Shown: piece after piece, positions 28,253 to 34,565 of the stretch
How positions within the stretch are numbered: position 1 is the first letter of the stretch
Layout: the number at the start of each line of letters is the position of its first letter
Origin: Candidatus Hecatella orcuttiae
Lineage (GTDB): Archaea > Thermoproteota > Bathyarchaeia > Hecatellales > Hecatellaceae
Assembly (NCBI GenBank): GCA_002011035.2
Contig: MTLY02000003.1
Coordinates: forward strand, 576,001-640,000
Reading direction: 5' to 3'
Length of the DNA stretch: 64,000 bases
Translations under genes and position numbers: made by a program
Notes under the pieces: model-generated
What the model saw: the letters and a program-made list of their open reading frames with translations, nothing else
Told to the model about the DNA's origin: nothing
Database searches by the model: none

Positions 28253-28900
28253 TTGTCCAAAGAAGAAGTTTTGGAAAAGCTACGCAGAAGTTTTCTCAGC
28301 TACGATGAGGAAGCCACTCGAAAGGCTGCGGCGGAGGCTCTCGCTGCGGGAGTAGACCCCTTGGAGGCTGTAAGCGTCCTTACAGAGACTATCAGAGAGC
28401 TAGGTGAGAAATTTTCTAAGATGGAAATCTTTCTCCCCGACTTGATGCTGGCGGCAGATGCCATGAGAGCTGGATTAACCGTGTTGAAGCCGGAGTTGAT
28501 GAAAAGAAAGGCGGAGACCAGAACTCTAGGTAAGATTCTAATAGGTGTGGTGAAGGGGGACATCCACGACATCGGTAAAACCATTCTGGTCACGATGCTA
28601 GAGGCCGAGGGTTTCGAAGTGATCGACTTGGGAAAAGATGTTCCCATAAGAAAATTTGTGGAAGAAGCTCAAACTCACAACCCTGACATCATTGCCGCTT
28701 CCGCTTTGATGACGACGACGAGGCCTGAGCAAAGAGGACTTATTGAATATCTTAAACATCTGGGCTTCAGGGACAAATATAAGGTTATGGTGGGAGGCGG
28801 TGCGGTGACAAGTCAGTATGCCGAAGAGATAGGCGCTGATGGATACGGTGAAAACGCCCCTGAAGCTGTGGAAGTTGCAAAAAAACTGATTTCTAAGTGA
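28253..28900 (+). CDS. Methyltransferase cognate corrinoid protein (MtmC/MttC family)
   Basis: FLPDLMLAA cap domain, GDIHDIGK, SALMTTT, VGGG, IGADGY. Confidence 0.95.
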   Translation: MSKEEVLEKLRRSFLSYDEEATRKAAAEALAAGVDPLEAVSVLTETIRELGEKFSKMEIFLPDLMLAADAMRAGLTVLKPELMKRKAETRTLGKILIGVVKGDIHDIGKTILVTMLEAEGFEVIDLGKDVPIRKFVEEAQTHNPDIIAASALMTTTRPEQRGLIEYLKHLGFRDKYKVMVGGGAVTSQYAEEIGADGYGENAPEAVEVAKKLISK

Positions 28901-28914
28901 AGGGGAGTTCAGTT

Positions 28915-29092
28915 TTGTCGAGGTCTAGGGTGTGGGAGCTTTGGCGGAGGGCTGAGACGGGTCCTCTCTGCCCGGAGCGGGAGTTTGACCTGAAGAGGTT
29001 TTATCCGGCTGTGAAGAGGCTGGTGAAGGAGTACGACATAACATACGACCCTGAAACCGTCATCCCCACCGACAACACCCTCATCGACGACG
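28915..29092 (+). repeat. 178-bp perfect direct repeat, copy 1 (5' end of mtmB paralogue 1)
   Basis: Base-by-base identical to 30332-30509. Confidence 0.95.
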
Positions 29093-30303
29093 TTTTCAAG
29101 GCGGGGATCGATCTACTGACCGAAGTGGGGGTGCTTTGCCCGGATACCGAGAAGATTATTCAGTTGGAGGAGCGGGAGGTCAAAGAATCCTTAGCTACCC
29201 TCTCCGGTGAAATGACGGTAGGGGAAGGAAAGGACGCCTGCCTTCTGAAACATAGAAAGATGGAAGACCATGAGCCTGCACGCGTCTTCGCAGGGCCTTC
29301 AGGAAATCCCATATCCGAGGAGATGGCTATCCCCATATACCAGTCTTGCGCTCAAGAACCAACCGTCGACCTGCTTATGTACGGTACACCTACCACAATT
29401 GCGGGTATGGTGTCAAAGGACGGTTCGCCCATGGAGATGTACGCGGAGGTCGCCAATGTACGCTGGCTGAGGGAGGCTGCCAGAAGAGCAGGAAGACCGG
29501 GTATGTTCATTATCGGTTCTGGAGCAGTAGGTGTGGCACCCGCAATACTGGCCAGCTTGGTAGAGAACGGCTATAGGAAAACCGACGGAATACAGCTCGC
29601 AGGACTACCGCAGTTAAAAATACCTTACTTTGAACTTTGCAAGGCTGAATTCTGCATCGAGTACGGGTGCAGAGGCTGGGTTACCTCCCCAGCTTACATA
29701 GGGGGGTTACCGGGCGGACCTGAAGCGGCTGCCGTCACAGAGGTAGCTGAGTGCATAGCTGCCAATCTTGTGTTTCGCACACCTTGGGTCTGTGTGGACA
29801 TTCACGACCTTCTGTATCCGCCCGGCACGTCGAGGAGGGATGTAATGAGCATGGTGAACTTGGTTACAGCTGCTCTTGCAAAGCATACCAAGTTGATTGT
29901 CTCCACCCTCTGCGACCGCGTTTATGCAGGATGTTGCACGGACATGGCTTTCTATGAATTTGCAGTGGCAGCCCTTGGAGCTGCTGTTGCTGGAGGAGAC
30001 CCTATGAGTGGATGTTGCAGAGAAGGCAGGTACACCGACTACGTAACCGGTATGGAGGGAAGATGCACAGGTGAGATTGCTAAATCGGTTACAGGAATGA
30101 GGAGGGTGGATGCAAACGACATAGCGAAGGCCATCTTAGCCAAGTATGAAGACCGCCTTCCACCGAAAGGGAAACCACCCATTGGGAAGGAGTTTCGAGA
30201 ATGTTACAATCCGAAAACGGTTACACCTAACAAAGAATATGTAGAACTTTATGGGAAAATTAAGAAAGAACTGGAAGATATGGGGATTAGCTACAAATTT
30301 TAG
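28915..30303 (+). CDS. mtmB: MtmB-family corrinoid methyltransferase, pyrrolysine-free (paralogue 1)
   Basis: IPTD, GPSGNPISE, AGRPGM, TGMEGR, GKEFRECY...TVTP. The Pyl-equivalent codon is ATC (29512). Probable TTG start at 28915 after GGGGAG. Confidence 0.88.
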   Translation: MSRSRVWELWRRAETGPLCPEREFDLKRFYPAVKRLVKEYDITYDPETVIPTDNTLIDDVFKAGIDLLTEVGVLCPDTEKIIQLEEREVKESLATLSGEMTVGEGKDACLLKHRKMEDHEPARVFAGPSGNPISEEMAIPIYQSCAQEPTVDLLMYGTPTTIAGMVSKDGSPMEMYAEVANVRWLREAARRAGRPGMFIIGSGAVGVAPAILASLVENGYRKTDGIQLAGLPQLKIPYFELCKAEFCIEYGCRGWVTSPAYIGGLPGGPEAAAVTEVAECIAANLVFRTPWVCVDIHDLLYPPGTSRRDVMSMVNLVTAALAKHTKLIVSTLCDRVYAGCCTDMAFYEFAVAALGAAVAGGDPMSGCCREGRYTDYVTGMEGRCTGEIAKSVTGMRRVDANDIAKAILAKYEDRLPPKGKPPIGKEFRECYNPKTVTPNKEYVELYGKIKKELEDMGISYKF

Positions 30304-30331
30304 GTTTGTGACGCTGAGGGTAGGTGTGGAG

Positions 30332-30509
30332 TTGTCGAGGTCTAGGGTGTGGGAGCTTTGGCGGAGGGCTGAGACGGGTCCTCTCTGCCCGGAGCGGGAG
30401 TTTGACCTGAAGAGGTTTTATCCGGCTGTGAAGAGGCTGGTGAAGGAGTACGACATAACATACGACCCTGAAACCGTCATCCCCACCGACAACACCCTCA
30501 TCGACGACG
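30332..30509 (+). repeat. 178-bp perfect direct repeat, copy 2 (5' end of mtmB paralogue 2)
   Basis: Base-by-base identical to 28915-29092. Confidence 0.95.
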
Positions 30510-31726
30510 CCTTCAAAGCCGCCATCGACCTACTACTGGAAGTAGGTGTCCTTTGCACGGACACAGAAAAAATAATCAAGCTTGAAGAAGGAGAGATCAA
30601 GGAAGCTCTTGCCACTTTCCCAAAGGAGATCACCGTCGGCGAAGGCAAGGATGCTGTTACTCTAACTCATAGGAAGATCGAAGACGATAAGCCTCCTAGG
30701 ATCATGGGAGGACCCAACGGTAGCCCTATATCCGAGGAGATGGCGATTCCCATCTATCAAAGCTACATCCAAGAACCTATGCTCGACATACTTTTTTATG
30801 GGACGCCGACGACGGTGGAGGGTATGGAGGTGAAAGCCGGCTCCCCCGTGGAGTTGTACGCTGAAATAGCCAATGTCTACTGGATGAAAGAAGCTGCGAG
30901 GAGAGCTGGAAGACCCGGCATATGCACTCTTGGAGCCGCGGGGGCGACTGCGGCTCCCCAGATACTGGCCAGCTTAGTGGAGGGTGGTTACAAAAAAACC
31001 GACGCTATGCAACTCAGTCCTCCTCCTCAATTGAAGGCTCCTTACTTCATGCTCTGTGAAGCAGCCCATTGCATTGAATATGGGTGCAGAGGCGTAGTCA
31101 TCCCCAGTTCCATCATAGGCGGCCTAGCTGGAGGGCCTGAGGGCGCCGCCATAACCAACATTGCTGAATGCATAGCCTTCGCCATACTTTTCAACACTCC
31201 TTGGGTGCATCCCTTCATGCCTGAGGCACTCCATGCCCCTGGATGCTCCGCTTATCCTCCGGAAATGGCTATGGAACTTCTGTCAATAGCCGCTTTAGTC
31301 AAACATGCGAATCTCATAATTACCAGTGGTGCGAACTCTAGGACCTTCTCAGGACTTTGCACTGATACGACCTTCTATGAGATTGCAGCACCCGCTATAG
31401 GCAAAACAGTGATAGGCGCCAACCTCCATGCAGGTTCAGCGAGGAAAGGCTACTACACCGATTACATGGCAGGCATATCAGCTCGGTGCACCGGAGAAGT
31501 AGGGTGGGCCGCTGTGGGGCTGAAACGGGAGGATGCCAACGAGATGGTTAAAACAATTATGGCAAAATACGAAGATATACTGCCACCCAAAGGAACGCCG
31601 CCCGTTGGAAAGAAATTTCAAGAGTGCTACGACGTCCAAACTGTCACACCGACAAAGGAACATGAAGACTTATATAAGAAAGTGAAAAAAGAGCTTGAAA
31701 ACATAGGGTTAGCCTTTAAATATTGA
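30332..31726 (+). CDS. mtmB: MtmB-family corrinoid methyltransferase, pyrrolysine-free (paralogue 2)
   Basis: GGPNGSPISE, AGRPG, GGLAGG, GKKFQECYDVQTVTPT. The Pyl-equivalent codon is CTT (30929). Probable TTG start at 30332. Confidence 0.88.
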   Translation: MSRSRVWELWRRAETGPLCPEREFDLKRFYPAVKRLVKEYDITYDPETVIPTDNTLIDDAFKAAIDLLLEVGVLCTDTEKIIKLEEGEIKEALATFPKEITVGEGKDAVTLTHRKIEDDKPPRIMGGPNGSPISEEMAIPIYQSYIQEPMLDILFYGTPTTVEGMEVKAGSPVELYAEIANVYWMKEAARRAGRPGICTLGAAGATAAPQILASLVEGGYKKTDAMQLSPPPQLKAPYFMLCEAAHCIEYGCRGVVIPSSIIGGLAGGPEGAAITNIAECIAFAILFNTPWVHPFMPEALHAPGCSAYPPEMAMELLSIAALVKHANLIITSGANSRTFSGLCTDTTFYEIAAPAIGKTVIGANLHAGSARKGYYTDYMAGISARCTGEVGWAAVGLKREDANEMVKTIMAKYEDILPPKGTPPVGKKFQECYDVQTVTPTKEHEDLYKKVKKELENIGLAFKY

Positions 31727-31931
31727 TTTCTTAATCCTTAAACGGGGTCTGTTTAAAAGATAGACTGAAAAGCTGAAGCTTGATTTGTGGAAATAGCTTT
31801 TTCATTCTCATGAGTCTTGCAGGAGACGCTTTAATCTGTCCCTAAATATGCTATATCGCCCCAAAAAAATGACGGCTACTCCCTTTCCAGCATTAGTTTC
31901 TTTGAGTAGCCTATAACTGCTTTGGTTGAAA

Positions 31932-32429
31932 TCAGCGTAATCTTGGTTTTTTAACGTTGTTCACCAGAAGTTTAATCAGTTCTTTTTCTTGGGATCTAGC
32001 TGAAAGGGCCTCTAGGTTTGTGAGTTCCAATGCTTCTTTGGGGCAAGCCTTAATGCAGGCAGGATCTCCACCGCAGAGGTCGCAGACAACTACAACTTTT
32101 CTATCAGGATGTAAGGTTAACGCTCCGATGTCGCAAGCGTCGATGCATAGGCCGCAGCCTGTGCACTTTTCATCGTCAACGATTATTATACCTGTCGAAG
32201 GATCTTTGGTTAAAGCTTCCAGGGGGCAGCTTTCGACGCAAGGCGGGTTTTCACATAGTTTACATGCTAAAGCCATATTGCCGACAGCTTCAGCTTCAAC
32301 AATACGAACTGTCTTTATCCGACTCAGCAGAGGGTTGAACTTTCCCTCCTTCACAGCTGAGCATATCAGTTCGCAGATACGGCAGCCTGTACATTTCTCA
32401 GGACTCGCTACTACATAGCTACGTTCCAT
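31932..32429 (-). CDS. 4x[4Fe-4S] ferredoxin-like subunit of the AOR
   Basis: CTGCRICELIC, CKLC..PC...CP, CTGCGLCIDAC, CDLC...C...CP. Confidence 0.9.
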   Translation of the reverse strand: MERSYVVASPEKCTGCRICELICSAVKEGKFNPLLSRIKTVRIVEAEAVGNMALACKLCENPPCVESCPLEALTKDPSTGIIIVDDEKCTGCGLCIDACDIGALTLHPDRKVVVVCDLCGGDPACIKACPKEALELTNLEALSARSQEKELIKLLVNNVKKPRLR

Positions 32430-34268
32430 CTAGTTCCCTCCATACGTCACCATATCAAGCCCTAATTTGGCGAGTTTTTCCTTCGGAGGTATACCCTCCG
32501 CACTCCAGCCGCGAGCTTTAAAGTAGGCTTCCAAAAGGAGGCTTCGCTCCTCCTCGGTAAATCTGATCCCCTTCAACGGACCGTTACCTATGGGTTCTTT
32601 GAAGATTCGAGCGGGATAGGTTTCATCTTTCAGGGTCCACCCTTCTCTGATGTTGTAACTTTTTTCAAGTGTGTAGATTCTTTCCCCGGCTAAGCTCAGT
32701 TCTTCAACACTCAGAAATAACCCGGTTGCCAACCGGTAGAGTTCAGCTATCTGCTCATAGCCTGTAATCACTTTTCTCGTAAACTTGCAGAGGATCAAGG
32801 AATCGATGACAGCCCAAAGGTTTTCCCTGTCAGCCACTAACCTGCCATAGGCTGGATCCGCCTTAGTCCCTTCGACCTTACCTGCCAAGTCAAAGTCGTA
32901 GGCGCTGGCGGTCATATGGTGGCCGCCGCGAGTTGAGGTCATAAATGCAAGAGCACAAACCTTCAGACCTCTTACCTCGTAGTCTGGTAACTCCAATCCC
33001 TTACTGTGCATGGCGAAATGCTGGGAGTCCTTCCCAAGCTTTTCAGAGGCTCTTTTCACACCTTCAGCCAAGAGGTCTCCTATGCCCTTGCGGTAGGCTA
33101 TCTTTCTGATAATTTCCAAAACGGCCTCCCCGTTTCCGAATTTGAGCTCAAGACCGCCTGTGTCTTCCCGGGTCAGCAAGCCTTTTTGGTAACATTCCAT
33201 AGCCCAGCCTATGGTAACTCCGACGCTTATGGTATCAACACCGTATCGGTCAGAAAACTCTGTAGCCTTGACCATCAACTGATAGTTACCTACTCCTGTG
33301 GAGAGGCCTAACCCGTAGAGGCTTTCCTGCTCGACGCTGGCTGTAGTCCCTTTATAAGGTCCGTTCTTCAGAACGGTTACGGGATCGCAGGCTATGGGGC
33401 AACCTTGACATGCTATCATCTTCGGGTGATAACGTTCTTTCGTGGTTTCTCCGGTAAACTCTTCATGAAGCACATGGTCGCTGGACTGCTGCCAGTTTCT
33501 CGTCGGCGAGATGCCCATTTCGCTAAGGGAAATCATTCCTCCGGGAGTGCCGTATAGCCTGTAGTATTTCGTGGCATCACCTTGGCAATCCTTGTAGAGT
33601 CTATTGCAATACTCAACCAATTCATCTATTTTCGCCACCTCTAAAGACTTGGAGCCGCGAACTGCCAGGGCTTTGAGTTTTTTAGACCCCATCACAGCAC
33701 CCATCCCTGTTCTGCCTGCTTGTCTACTCTTGTCGCTGGTTATACAGGCATATCTGACTAGGTTTTCCCCCGCGGGGCCTATTGCCGCAACGCTGATGTC
33801 CCTGTCGCCTATTGTCTCCTTTATCATGTCTTCCGTTTCCCATGAATCCCTCCCCCATAGGTCCTTCGCATCTTTAAACTGCACCGAGTCGTCGTCGATG
33901 AAGAGGTAGGTTGGCTGGGCGGCCTTTCCGGTTATCACCACAGCGTCATATCCAGCCCATTTGAGCGTCGGACCCCAAGAGCCTGAACATACGCTTTCCC
34001 CCATGAGAAAGGTGAGGGGAGACTTGGCGTGAACTATATACTTGCCTGCGGAAGGAATGCAGGTTCCAGCAAAGGGTCCTGTGGCAAAGATTAAAACATT
34101 GGCTGGGTCGAAGGGTTCCACCCTAGGCGGAGCGTTTTTGCACAGATAGTATATGCCGAAACCGTTTCCGCCTATGTATTTCCTGCAAAATTCTTCCTGC
34201 AGTGTTTCCGATTCGATTCTCTGACGGGTTAGGTCAACATGTAAGACCTTGTTTCTATAGCTGTACAC
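32430..34268 (-). CDS. Tungsten aldehyde:ferredoxin oxidoreductase (AOR family)
   Basis: YIGGNG, KSPLT, GRTGMGAVMGSKKLKA, CQGCPIAC, DRYGVDT, RGGHH, DSLILC. Confidence 0.92.
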   Translation of the reverse strand: MYSYRNKVLHVDLTRQRIESETLQEEFCRKYIGGNGFGIYYLCKNAPPRVEPFDPANVLIFATGPFAGTCIPSAGKYIVHAKSPLTFLMGESVCSGSWGPTLKWAGYDAVVITGKAAQPTYLFIDDDSVQFKDAKDLWGRDSWETEDMIKETIGDRDISVAAIGPAGENLVRYACITSDKSRQAGRTGMGAVMGSKKLKALAVRGSKSLEVAKIDELVEYCNRLYKDCQGDATKYYRLYGTPGGMISLSEMGISPTRNWQQSSDHVLHEEFTGETTKERYHPKMIACQGCPIACDPVTVLKNGPYKGTTASVEQESLYGLGLSTGVGNYQLMVKATEFSDRYGVDTISVGVTIGWAMECYQKGLLTREDTGGLELKFGNGEAVLEIIRKIAYRKGIGDLLAEGVKRASEKLGKDSQHFAMHSKGLELPDYEVRGLKVCALAFMTSTRGGHHMTASAYDFDLAGKVEGTKADPAYGRLVADRENLWAVIDSLILCKFTRKVITGYEQIAELYRLATGLFLSVEELSLAGERIYTLEKSYNIREGWTLKDETYPARIFKEPIGNGPLKGIRFTEEERSLLLEAYFKARGWSAEGIPPKEKLAKLGLDMVTYGGN

Positions 34269-34565
34269 AGCGACCCCTCCCTTATTAGAGATAATAACAA
34301 ATTATAGTAGTGTTTAGATTTTTGCCATTTAAGGCTTTAGGGTTTCTGCTAGTGTCTCTGATAGGTTCAGCATCAACTCACGCCTACCCCACCGCTACCA
34401 ACTTACCTTCACTTCAAGCTGAGAAGGCGATGGCTCGCTTAGTCTAGAATCCGCAGTCCCCTCCTTCCTGCGCACCCTAAACCGCCCTAGTTCTGAGGCT
34501 CAAACTGCCAAGCCAAGCCCCAAAAGCAGGACAATACCTCCCCAGCATAGAAAATAAAGAAATTT

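Larger units (their letters stand above)
13100..34300. other. AT-richer catabolic genomic island (boundaries approximate)
   Basis: Spot counts: 22/60 G+C at 13201-13260 versus 37/60 at 45001-45060. Long AT-rich spacers and only catabolic or transport genes; no integrase or att repeat seen. Confidence 0.6.

Noticed and set aside
28897-31726. Pyrrolysine (UAG) readthrough in or between the mtmB genes
   Set aside because: There is no internal TAG. The terminal TAG at 30301-30303 falls at the normal C-terminus and is out of frame with paralogue 2. No pyl genes are in the window.
32427-32441. In-frame TAG-ATG junction that could fuse the AOR and ferredoxin by readthrough
   Set aside because: A strong GGAGGG ribosome-binding site precedes the ATG and both proteins are complete; this is ordinary tight coupling.
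13095-34565. Island as an integrative mobile element
   Set aside because: No integrase, transposase, tRNA target or flanking direct repeats were seen; only composition suggests foreign origin.
34269-34565. Pseudogene or ncRNA in the spacer at the island's right edge
   Set aside because: Only short stop-interrupted frames are present, and no convincing structure could be identified by eye.
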